IMG/VR virus record: IMGVR_UViG_2931359275_000001 | DNA length: 64,000 bases | From: a virus | Direction: 5' to 3' (one strand) | Part shown: piece by piece, positions 56,485 through 64,000 of the stretch | Position numbering within the stretch: the stretch's first letter is position 1 | Layout: every line of letters starts with the position of its first letter | Translations under genes and position numbers: made by a program | The notes under the pieces: model-generated | Seen by the model: only the letters and a program-made list of their open reading frames with translations | Database searches by the model: none | Told to the model about the DNA's origin: nothing

Positions 56485-56580
56485 TGATCAACAAACGTTT
56501 TTAAAACTAGCCACACGGTCTAAAGTCCACCCTGCAGCATCAATAAAAAAGCCAGGCAAAAGCACTGGCAAAACCAGCGT

Positions 56581-56781
56581 TCAAGCGGATGCAACGCCAG
56601 AGGAGGAAACTTTTGGTGGCACCGCTTTCCCATTGCGAATCAGCTCATCTACTTGATAAGCACGCAGCGGCGGCAAATTTTCGCCCCATTGCGACACCGC
56701 ACATGGCGTCACGTGCAAGGCTTCAGCCAAGGCTTTGACCGTGCCCCCGAATAATTCAAGCGCGTATTGTTTTTTCATCAA
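56581..56781 (-). CDS. cro: Cro repressor
   Basis: ALELFGGTVKALAEAL.VTPCAVSQWGENLPPLRAYQV. Confidence 0.88.
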   Translation of the reverse strand: MMKKQYALELFGGTVKALAEALHVTPCAVSQWGENLPPLRAYQVDELIRNGKAVPPKVSSSGVASA

Positions 56782-56792
56782 ACTTCAGCTCA

Positions 56793-56870
56793 CTTAATTT
56801 TACTGGCCTTAATTTATCACGCTTAATTTATTAAAACAAGCACAATAAATTAATTATGCTTTAGGATACT
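56793..56870. promoter_or_regulatory. Putative OR of prophage 2
   Basis: CTTAATTT at 56793, 56808 and 56822 between cro and cI; similar AT-rich repeats at 57930-58005. Confidence 0.5.
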
Positions 56871-56873
56871 TAA

Positions 56874-57569
56874 ATGAACTTAAGCACCCGACTCAAACAA
56901 GCCTTGTCCGCTTCCAGCCTGAAACAAAAAGATTTGGCGAAACGCATCGGCGTCACGCCCAGCGCAATCACGCAATGGAAAACGGGCAATATCAAGCAGC
57001 TCGAAGCCAGCAATTTGCTGAATATCGCGCGCGAGCTAGGTATCAACCCAGAATGGTTAGCAACGGGGAAAGGTGAGATGAGCAGCGAGAAACATGCACT
57101 GACCGTAATTCAAACCAGCGCTTTAGATATTGAGAACGAAAACATAGCCAATTCGCACGTATTCATTCCAGAGCTGAAAGTCGCCCCAGTGCAAGGCACC
57201 GCCATTTGGGACACGAACCCCGCCCACCAACAGGCGTTTGACGCTGAATGGGCGATGAAAATACACTTGAATCCAACGCATTGCGCTTGGCTCAGCAGCC
57301 CAGACCGCGCCATGGAGCCCCGCATTCAAGAAGGCGACTGCATGGTCGTGGATTACCATGACACCCAACCGCAATCGAACAAGGTCTATGTGTTAGCCAC
57401 CAATGGTGAGCTTGCTGTGCGCCGTATTCATGTGGAATTGAATAAATCCCTGAGCATCCGCGCCGATAGCAGCGACAAAAAGAGCTATCCCGACAAAGAG
57501 GTCGCGGCGGATCAAGTCCACCTAGTACAGATCATTGGTCGCGTCATTGCGGTGAGTGGCGGGATTTAA
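56874..57569 (+). CDS. cI: CI repressor, HTH + S24-like domain lacking catalytic residues
   Basis: XRE HTH; DRAMEP (Ser to Ala146) and AVRRI (Lys to Arg183), 37 residues apart as in LexA. Confidence 0.9.
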   Translation: MNLSTRLKQALSASSLKQKDLAKRIGVTPSAITQWKTGNIKQLEASNLLNIARELGINPEWLATGKGEMSSEKHALTVIQTSALDIENENIANSHVFIPELKVAPVQGTAIWDTNPAHQQAFDAEWAMKIHLNPTHCAWLSSPDRAMEPRIQEGDCMVVDYHDTQPQSNKVYVLATNGELAVRRIHVELNKSLSIRADSSDKKSYPDKEVAADQVHLVQIIGRVIAVSGGI

Positions 57570-57598
57570 GTTAAACTAAACAATACGGAGGGCCTGAA

Positions 57599-57880
57599 AT
57601 GAGCAGCATTACTTTTGATACGCTGAAATTTGCCAACCGCCTTGAAAAAGCAGGCATGCCACGTGAGCAAGCCGCCGCAGAGGCCGAAGCGCTGCAAGAT
57701 GCACTAGGTGAAATTCAATCTAGCCTACAGGGCACACAAGCCAGCAAATACGACCTGAAAGAGCTGGAGCTAAAACTAGAAGCCAAGATTGAATCGGCAA
57801 AATTTGACCTACTCAAATGGATAGTCGGATTATTGCTAGCACAAACTGGCATCATTGCCGCCTTAGTCAAACTGCTGTAA
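57599..57880 (+). CDS. DUF1640 (CCDC90-like) protein
   Basis: FDTLKFANRLEKAGMPREQA..., C-terminal TM helix. Confidence 0.85.
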   Translation: MSSITFDTLKFANRLEKAGMPREQAAAEAEALQDALGEIQSSLQGTQASKYDLKELELKLEAKIESAKFDLLKWIVGLLLAQTGIIAALVKLL

Positions 57881-57898
57881 AAGCAACAACACCCCTCT

Positions 57899-57922
57899 AA
57901 CCGCCATTTGGCGGTTTTTTTT
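57899..57922 (+). terminator. Intrinsic terminator
   Basis: AACCGCCA/TGGCGGTT plus T tract. Confidence 0.8.
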
Positions 57923-58011
57923 CGGCCTAAAATTAATTTAAATAAATTTATCTTGCGCAATTAAGTTAATCAAGCTAAATTTATAGCATCTTAAATTAAT
58001 TACTACGCCAA

Positions 58012-58770
58012 ATGACCCAACTCAAGCTCAGCATCAACCCCGAACTCACCATGTCTAGCTTGGAAATGGTGGACTTTATCAACGCCAGCCGCAAAGAAAG
58101 CGAAGCCGAACTACGCCACGATCACTTCATGGCGAAAGTACCCAAAGTTTTGGGCGAAGAAGCTGCCCCAAATTTTCGGGGCAGCTATCAGGGCAAAGAC
58201 AAAACCGAACGCCCTTGCTATCACTTCCCCAAGCGCGAAGCCTGCTTGATGGCCATGTCGTACAGCTACGATTTGCAAGCCAAAGTCTTCGACCGCATGA
58301 CTGAGTTAGAAGCAAAAGTCACGCTCGCCAGCCCAGCACCGAGCAGCAAGCCTTTGCTGCTATCGCCAAGTAAAGAATTCCGCGAATTATTTGGCATCGC
58401 TCGCCTAATTGGCCTCGATAAACCCGCAGCCGCCATCAGCGCCAATCAAGCCACGCTGAAAAAGACGGGCGTCAACTTGCTTGCCGAGCTGGGGCACGAG
58501 CAATTCGAATCCCCCAATAACACGCAATTCTTCACACCCACCGAATTAGGCAAGCGCATTAATGTATCAGGCCGCCAATTCAATCTGTTGCTAGCAGAAG
58601 CCGGATTGCAAGCCAAAAAGGGCGAAGACTGGAGCACGCTCCCCGCCGCAGAAGGGTTTTGCCGCGTACTCGACACCGGCAAGCGCCACGGCGATGGCGC
58701 AATGATTCAGCAAATCAAATGGGCGGAAAACGTCATCGCCCTACTCAAAACCAACGAAGCCGAAATCTAG
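58012..58770 (+). CDS. Antirepressor (Rha-like N-terminus, KilAC/ANT-like C-terminus)
   Basis: TMSSLEMV...RHDHFMAKV; FTPTELGKRINVSGRQFNLLL. Confidence 0.8.
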   Translation: MTQLKLSINPELTMSSLEMVDFINASRKESEAELRHDHFMAKVPKVLGEEAAPNFRGSYQGKDKTERPCYHFPKREACLMAMSYSYDLQAKVFDRMTELEAKVTLASPAPSSKPLLLSPSKEFRELFGIARLIGLDKPAAAISANQATLKKTGVNLLAELGHEQFESPNNTQFFTPTELGKRINVSGRQFNLLLAEAGLQAKKGEDWSTLPAAEGFCRVLDTGKRHGDGAMIQQIKWAENVIALLKTNEAEI

Positions 58771-58779
58771 GAGCATGTA

Positions 58780-58902
58780 ATGAGCCAAACCATCCCTTAC
58801 GACAACGTCGCTGACGACTACGCCGAAATCGCTGCTTTAGTCGCAGCCGGCTGGCGCGTCACCACCAACGGCGAAGTCTTTATCGCCACCAAACCCCAGT
58901 AA
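58780..58902 (+). CDS. Small hypothetical protein (40 aa)
   Basis: AGGAG RBS, fills gap in operon. Confidence 0.5.
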   Translation: MSQTIPYDNVADDYAEIAALVAAGWRVTTNGEVFIATKPQ

Positions 58903-58919
58903 ACCCAAGGAGCAGCACC

Positions 58920-59294
58920 ATGCGTCCAGCAACAGATACCCTGCGCGATATCGCCGGCGGTGAACTCGTCGAAGACCTCGGCGAAGCACTACGCGAACTC
59001 AATAACGCCATTTCATTAGTAGACAGCAAAAAAGGCGGCAGCGTGACACTTAAAGTCACCGTCAAACCTGCAGGGCGGCAATCTGGCGCGCTAAACGTCA
59101 GTTATGACATCAAGACCAGCAAGCCTAGCCTGCCGCGCCGTGAATCGATCATGTTCGGCACCCCTGAAGGCGACATGCTAGCGACAGACCCAACGCAGCG
59201 TCAGCTTGATCTACGCGACATCAATGCCACTAGCCCAACTACGGTTCGGGATCTTAGTGCCACAACCCAAACCACCGTTAAACAAGTCGCTTAA
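58920..59294 (+). CDS. Conserved phage protein preceding DUF2303
   Basis: Close paralog of 20931-21305. Confidence 0.8.
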   Translation: MRPATDTLRDIAGGELVEDLGEALRELNNAISLVDSKKGGSVTLKVTVKPAGRQSGALNVSYDIKTSKPSLPRRESIMFGTPEGDMLATDPTQRQLDLRDINATSPTTVRDLSATTQTTVKQVA

Positions 59295-59308
59295 ACCAAG
59301 GATGCATC

Positions 59309-59509
59309 ATGGCTATAGAAGTGAATTCCGAAAATCTCAAAGCGCAAATTGAACAAATGGTTCCAGACATTAATTCCTTTTGCGTCTCCACGGAAATCAA
59401 TATCGGTGAGATTGATGGCGCTGTAATTACCCTAGTGGTGCAGAGACCGTCCGAACTAGATGAATACGACGGAATTCGCCCTGAGTTTGAGTGCGTTCGT
59501 AAAATTTAA
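59309..59509 (+). CDS. Hypothetical protein
   Basis: 66 aa; absent from the prophage 1 copy of this module. Confidence 0.65.
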   Translation: MAIEVNSENLKAQIEQMVPDINSFCVSTEINIGEIDGAVITLVVQRPSELDEYDGIRPEFECVRKI

Positions 59510-59524
59510 CCCTAAGGAAACATC

Positions 59525-60406
59525 ATGGAAGCCAAAGATTTAAACAATATTGCCGAAACGATTCTCGCCGCCGCGCCTAAACCGTTTCAAGAAAACATTG
59601 AATTAAAAACCTACCGCGAAGGGCATCGCCCTGTCGTCTTTGTTCCCAAAGGCTACACAGCAGAATACCCCGACTTCGAAATGCACCTCGACACCCCACT
59701 ACGCAAGATCGCAACAGTGCGCTTAGATGATGCCGAATCATTTGTCTGGTACCTGAAAGAACACGGCCAATCCGACCGCACCCGCACTTATCTACACGCC
59801 GACTATGCCGCAGGCAAAGTTAGCTTTACCGCGCTGCTCAATGACCATCAAGGCGTATACAACGAGCAAAACTGGCGCGATCACAAAGCACTGTTTACCC
59901 CTGCCAAGTCGGTGGAATGGAATACCTGGACTAGCAATAACCGTAAGCAAATGAGCCAAACCGAATTTGGCAACTTCCTTGAAGACAATCTAGCAAACAT
60001 TCTCACCATCGAAGGCCTGCCTAACGCCACTGAAATCATGGGCATGGTGTTGAACTTCGAAGCCACCAACGAGAAACGCTTTAAATCGGTATCTCGTCTG
60101 CAATCGGGCGGTCTGAACTTCGAATTTATCGACCAAGAAGACGATGCTACTCGCCAAAAAATGCAAGTATTCGAGCGATTCGCCATCGCCATTCCAGCGT
60201 TCGTGCAACCCCTTGCCGCCACAGACAGCATCGTTGCTTACCGAATCGATTGCCGCCTGAAATACCGCATCCGCGATGGCAAATTGGGGTTGTGGTTTGA
60301 GTTGGTGCGCGAAGACAAAGTGCTAGAGGCCGCCGCCAAAGACATCGTCGCGCAGATTAAAAACGACAGCGGATTCCCGCTGATCGCAGGTAATCCGTTC
60401 GTCTAA
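59525..60406 (+). CDS. DUF2303 family protein
   Basis: Close paralog of 21321-22223. Confidence 0.85.
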   Translation: MEAKDLNNIAETILAAAPKPFQENIELKTYREGHRPVVFVPKGYTAEYPDFEMHLDTPLRKIATVRLDDAESFVWYLKEHGQSDRTRTYLHADYAAGKVSFTALLNDHQGVYNEQNWRDHKALFTPAKSVEWNTWTSNNRKQMSQTEFGNFLEDNLANILTIEGLPNATEIMGMVLNFEATNEKRFKSVSRLQSGGLNFEFIDQEDDATRQKMQVFERFAIAIPAFVQPLAATDSIVAYRIDCRLKYRIRDGKLGLWFELVREDKVLEAAAKDIVAQIKNDSGFPLIAGNPFV

Positions 60407-60516
60407 GCCCTAACTAACTGACCTTTGCCCATCACGCGGTGGGCAATAGTGAGCTAGGTATAAACCACCAAGCCAAATAATAAAAAGCCTGCAGCAATAT
60501 ACCTATAGGTAAATAC

Positions 60517-60693
60517 ATGCGAACCAATTACAAAACCCTCAAGCAGCAACGTGATTTGGAAGCCAGCGAGCGCCAGCACGAGATTGCGATTACCCAAGCC
60601 CACGCCGAGAAATTCGCTCAGCGCCGCGCTGCACGCAATGCCTTGCAAGAGCGGCATGAATTTGAACAACGCAACAAAGAGGTATGGCAATGA
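60517..60693 (+). CDS. Small hypothetical protein (58 aa)
   Basis: Hand-translated MRTNYKTLKQQRDLE..., ATGA overlap. Confidence 0.55.
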   Translation: MRTNYKTLKQQRDLEASERQHEIAITQAHAEKFAQRRAARNALQERHEFEQRNKEVWQ

Positions 60694-60899
60694 GCTTACT
60701 CATCAGCGCGGCCGACATGCTGGAAAACGAAGCCAAGATCATCAAAGCCGCCAACACTTTTGAAGGTCGCTGGATCAACAACCCTGAAGCCGAAGTGTTG
60801 CATCAAAAATGGGTCAAAACGGCCAAGGGCCTGCGGGAATTACAAGCGCAGCTCAATCAAGTCAACAAAACGGTAGAGGCCAATTATGACTTCGCGTAA
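60690..60899 (+). CDS. Hypothetical protein
   Basis: In-operon overlap. Confidence 0.6.
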   Translation: MSLLISAADMLENEAKIIKAANTFEGRWINNPEAEVLHQKWVKTAKGLRELQAQLNQVNKTVEANYDFA

Positions 60900-61326
60900 A
60901 CCCAACGCACTACGCGGCCGCATCGTTCGCCCTACCATTTTTGAAGTTAACCAAGCATTTGATCTCATCGACCAAATGGTCGACCAGCTCATCGCCGGTG
61001 AGTTGGAATACGCCAGCGATAACGGCGTCGATGTGCCGGTATTTCGTACAAAATCCGGTGCCGAGCCAATGATTCCGCCACTCGAAGGCTGGATCGCCGT
61101 CTGGCAACGCTTTGCCGATGGCTTTGGCTTTGAACTGGACCAAACCGCGCTCACCACCTTAATCAACAAGCTCAGCAGCAATGAAATCTTGCGCCTAAGC
61201 GAGGTTGCCAGCGTGCAGCTGTGCGTCATGCAGCAACGGGCCATTTATCGCCAACTCGACGTCTACCGCATTCGTAGCTACGCCGTTACCGAGCAAATCG
61301 CCATTCAACTGGAGCAAGCCGCATGA
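60886..61326 (+). CDS. Hypothetical protein
   Basis: 146 aa, ATGA overlap. Confidence 0.65.
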   Translation: MTSRKPNALRGRIVRPTIFEVNQAFDLIDQMVDQLIAGELEYASDNGVDVPVFRTKSGAEPMIPPLEGWIAVWQRFADGFGFELDQTALTTLINKLSSNEILRLSEVASVQLCVMQQRAIYRQLDVYRIRSYAVTEQIAIQLEQAA

Positions 61327-61577
61327 AAACCGCGTTTTTGCTGATGGCGCAATACGAGCGCGCCACCGTACCGCTATCTGAAATCGCCGAGCAATACCTG
61401 GGCATGACTGTACCCGTCGCCCAGCGCGAAGCCCTGATGAATAACCTGCCGATCCCAACGTTTCGGCTCCGTGAAAGCAATAAATCCCCGCTCCTCGTGC
61501 ACATCGATGATCTAGCCGAGCACATCGATAAAGTACGCGCCACAGCAAAAAGGGCGTGGGAAAAGAGCCAAGTTTAG
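61323..61577 (+). CDS. PrtN-family / excisionase-like protein
   Basis: MKTAFLLMAQY...LPIPTFRL..SNKSPLLVHIDDLAEHID. Confidence 0.88.
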   Translation: MKTAFLLMAQYERATVPLSEIAEQYLGMTVPVAQREALMNNLPIPTFRLRESNKSPLLVHIDDLAEHIDKVRATAKRAWEKSQV

Positions 61578-61794
61578 GAAAACCATGCGTCGTCACAACC
61601 TCACCCGCCATTTAAACCAAGCCCAACGCCGCGCGCGCCGACTGGCTTATTTTTTGGAGCATCGCCATGCGCGATAAAACCTTGGAAAACATCTTGTATT
61701 ACAGCGCCTACACCATCGCCACCGCCAACATCGCGCTACTGGCTGTCATGGCCATCGGCGCCTATCGCTTTTTTAAACTCTTTGGCGGTGCAGC

Positions 61795-62028
61795 ATGAGC
61801 CTCAGCCCCATCATCATTCGTTTTCACGCCCTGCCCCAACTGGGGCGGCTCAAGTTAGAAGCCGATATCTCACTCCCTAACGGCCAGTACTTGAGCTGCA
61901 GCCGATGCGCCATGCCTGCTAGTGAATGCGACACTTACGACACCATGCCTAATGGCATGAACTGTCTTCGAGGCGAATATCACTACGTTTCTGCCGATCA
62001 ATACATCACCGGAGGCGATCAAGCATGA
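61795..62028 (+). CDS. Hypothetical Cys-containing protein
   Basis: CSRC..C...C; ATGA overlap. Confidence 0.55.
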   Translation: MSLSPIIIRFHALPQLGRLKLEADISLPNGQYLSCSRCAMPASECDTYDTMPNGMNCLRGEYHYVSADQYITGGDQA

Positions 62029-62630
62029 CCAAAATGGACATTATTTTTTTATCTGGCGAAGCCCAGCCCATCAAACTTTGCACTGAAGATCGGCGCTTTA
62101 CCATCGTGCAGCGCATGCTACGCATCAACCAATGCACCGACGCGGCAATGTGGTACGCCGACAAAGTCGGCCAATTAGTCCCGTTTTTTGGCGCATGGAG
62201 CGACGGCTATAAATCCCGCGAAGACGCTGGCCACACCAACATCGTCAAATTCTCGGATGCGGAGATTGTAGAGATCCGCTCGAAACAGCAATCGAGCAAA
62301 CCCACGCTAGCGCTATTAAAAAGCCTCATTACCGCAGCCAATCAAGGTAAGCGAGCCTGCATTGACCCCGATTCTGGTGAAAACGTATTTTTCTCTCACG
62401 AAGACGATCACCAAGAGCAGCGGCCCCCGCAACTACGCCCAGCCAGTGAATACCACGAAGATTATCACGATGTAATTTGGTTTCACTTCCACAGCTTTGA
62501 AGAATGCCCTGAAACTTTTATTGGCAATTCTCAAGAAAGTAATTTTGAAGAAGAGTATTGGACGCATTTCATCCAGTTTGATTTCAATTCAATTATTAAC
62601 CAAGCCGAAGCGATGGGGGTTATGCCATGA
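62025..62630 (+). CDS. Hypothetical protein
   Basis: 201 aa, GGAGG RBS. Confidence 0.65.
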   Translation: MTKMDIIFLSGEAQPIKLCTEDRRFTIVQRMLRINQCTDAAMWYADKVGQLVPFFGAWSDGYKSREDAGHTNIVKFSDAEIVEIRSKQQSSKPTLALLKSLITAANQGKRACIDPDSGENVFFSHEDDHQEQRPPQLRPASEYHEDYHDVIWFHFHSFEECPETFIGNSQESNFEEEYWTHFIQFDFNSIINQAEAMGVMP

Positions 62631-62793
62631 AAATCAAACCCTGCACCATCAGTGAAAAACATAAATGGGCATTCGTAAGAAATGTTGAACGTCGCAGCGC
62701 GACCATTAATCACCAAGGTACAAGAATGAAAATATCTTGGAATGGTTTTTATCAATGTCCGTGCGGTCAATCAAAATACGGAATAACAAAACA

Positions 62794-63360
62794 ATGAAAA
62801 CCTTCTACCTCGACACCGAAACCACCGGCCTCAACCGCAACGGCGAAGATGAAATACTTGAAATCGGCATCATCGACCAAGACGGCGAAATTATCCTGCA
62901 CAGCCTACTGCGCCCGACCGCCCACACTGTATGGCCCGAGGCCGAAGCGATCCACGGCATTACCCCAGTGATGGTCGCCACCGCGCCCACGCTAAAGCAA
63001 ATCACCCCGCGCCTCATCGCCGCGCTAATCGAGTGCGACGAACTGGTAATTTACAACATCGAATATGACTTGACCTTTTTGCCGAGTGTAGTGCGCCACA
63101 TGTTGATAGATCGCTGCATTTTATTAAATTGCGCAATGCAACATTTCGCCCATTTCAATGGCGTTTGGGATGCAAAACGCGGCAACTACAAATGGCAAAA
63201 GCTCACCGTCGCCGCTGAGCGCTTTGGACACATCTGGGAAAGCCAAGCCCATCGCGCACTGGCCGATTGCTACGCCACTAAAACCGTGTGGGAAGGCATG
63301 CAAAAAGCCATTTCATCGCGCTATTCATCCGATGTAGAAAGCGATGGTGGTGAAATATGA
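62794..63360 (+). CDS. 3'-5' exonuclease (DEDDh, epsilon-like)
   Basis: LDTETTGL, AIHGIT, YNIEYD, AHRALADC. Confidence 0.92.
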   Translation: MKTFYLDTETTGLNRNGEDEILEIGIIDQDGEIILHSLLRPTAHTVWPEAEAIHGITPVMVATAPTLKQITPRLIAALIECDELVIYNIEYDLTFLPSVVRHMLIDRCILLNCAMQHFAHFNGVWDAKRGNYKWQKLTVAAERFGHIWESQAHRALADCYATKTVWEGMQKAISSRYSSDVESDGGEI

Positions 63361-63758
63361 GCGACCAAGCCCAACTAACCGCGTTTCAAGAAAAATTCCC
63401 ACTCGATTTATTTTCTTCATACAACGCCTTTGAACAGCTTGCCGCCGAATGGGCTGAGCAACAAATACAAATTGGCACACTTAATTATGAAGTGGCAGAA
63501 CAACGCCGCATTCAAGACGATATGAGTGAAGAACATGAGCAGGAATTGATGAGCATTAGGACTGCGATCAACTGGACTTTAACCAGTGACGGCGGCATCG
63601 ATGACGAAACCACCGTCCTCATGGCACTCAAAGACCATGAAGTTTGGCCGGGCTATCGCATTGGCCAGCAATGGTTTTACGCCAGCGGCGATCCATGCAC
63701 CGAAATCCCAACACACTGGATGGACATTCCACGTCACCCAATGGACACCGCACCATGA
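63357..63758 (+). CDS. Hypothetical protein with DUF551-like C-terminus
   Basis: Ends PTHWMDIPRHP. Confidence 0.65.
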   Translation: MSDQAQLTAFQEKFPLDLFSSYNAFEQLAAEWAEQQIQIGTLNYEVAEQRRIQDDMSEEHEQELMSIRTAINWTLTSDGGIDDETTVLMALKDHEVWPGYRIGQQWFYASGDPCTEIPTHWMDIPRHPMDTAP

Positions 63759-64000
63759 GCCAAACCACTACAACGCCAAGATATTTACCTCCCGACGTGA
63801 GAGCCACAATGTGGCACTACGCACGGTTATCTGCATCAAAGGCACGCTACGCAGCCAAAGAAAATGGCGATCTATTCTGGGACGCAGTTTGCCAAAAATG
63901 TGGACTACCGCACGCAAAAATAGAATGCCACCCATATATGTACGAGCTTGGGGAGGTAAAAAGCGAGCGCAGCCAAAATCTGCACCGCAACAAAATCCCA
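63755..64000 (+). CDS. Hypothetical protein, truncated by window end
   Basis: ATGA overlap, open to the window edge, CQKC motif. Confidence 0.5.
   Translation, partial: MSQTTTTPRYLPPDVRATMWHYARLSASKARYAAKENGDLFWDAVCQKCGLPHAKIECHPYMYELGEVKSERSQNLHRNKIP

Larger units (their letters stand above)
27297..64000. mobile_element. Prophage 2 (lambda-like head, P2-like contractile tail; right end outside window)
   Basis: Second full set of lysis, tail, head, terminase, replication, immunity and early genes in the same orientation. Confidence 0.93.

Noticed and set aside
62025-62120. DRRFTIV motif suggesting a helicase fragment
   Set aside because: Too short, no Walker motifs; may be chance

Overview
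The window is entirely prophage DNA: two different temperate prophages in the same orientation, joined at about 27,290. Prophage 1 (1 to ~27,296, left end outside the window) is a lambda-like long-tailed phage. It has a tail tube, a protease-capsid fusion, portal, GpA terminase, a groES gene between terS and terL, a Q-like gene, an iteron origin, a Toprim-VapE primase-helicase and a cro/cI switch. About 5.3 kb of cargo sits between cI and the left operator: a second HTH, a predicted HipA-like pseudokinase with its partner, a TPR-like/HEPN pair, and a DUF4041/GIY-YIG protein of the PD-lambda-1/SNIPE type. Early genes and a tyrosine integrase follow. Next to the integrase is a 37-codon mimic of the dusA 5' end (RRFCIAPMLDWT) that stops at once, which points to tandem integration of both phages at dusA. 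Prophage 2 (~27,297 to beyond 64,000) has a lambda-like head and a P2-like contractile tail, com-dam, a holin/M15 endolysin cassette whose last gene looks like an inverted-topology spanin, a primase/helicase split at a G tract, a CI with a dead autopeptidase, an antirepressor and early genes. All family assignments come from motif recognition by eye; no searches were run. No rRNA, tRNA or CRISPR array was recognised.
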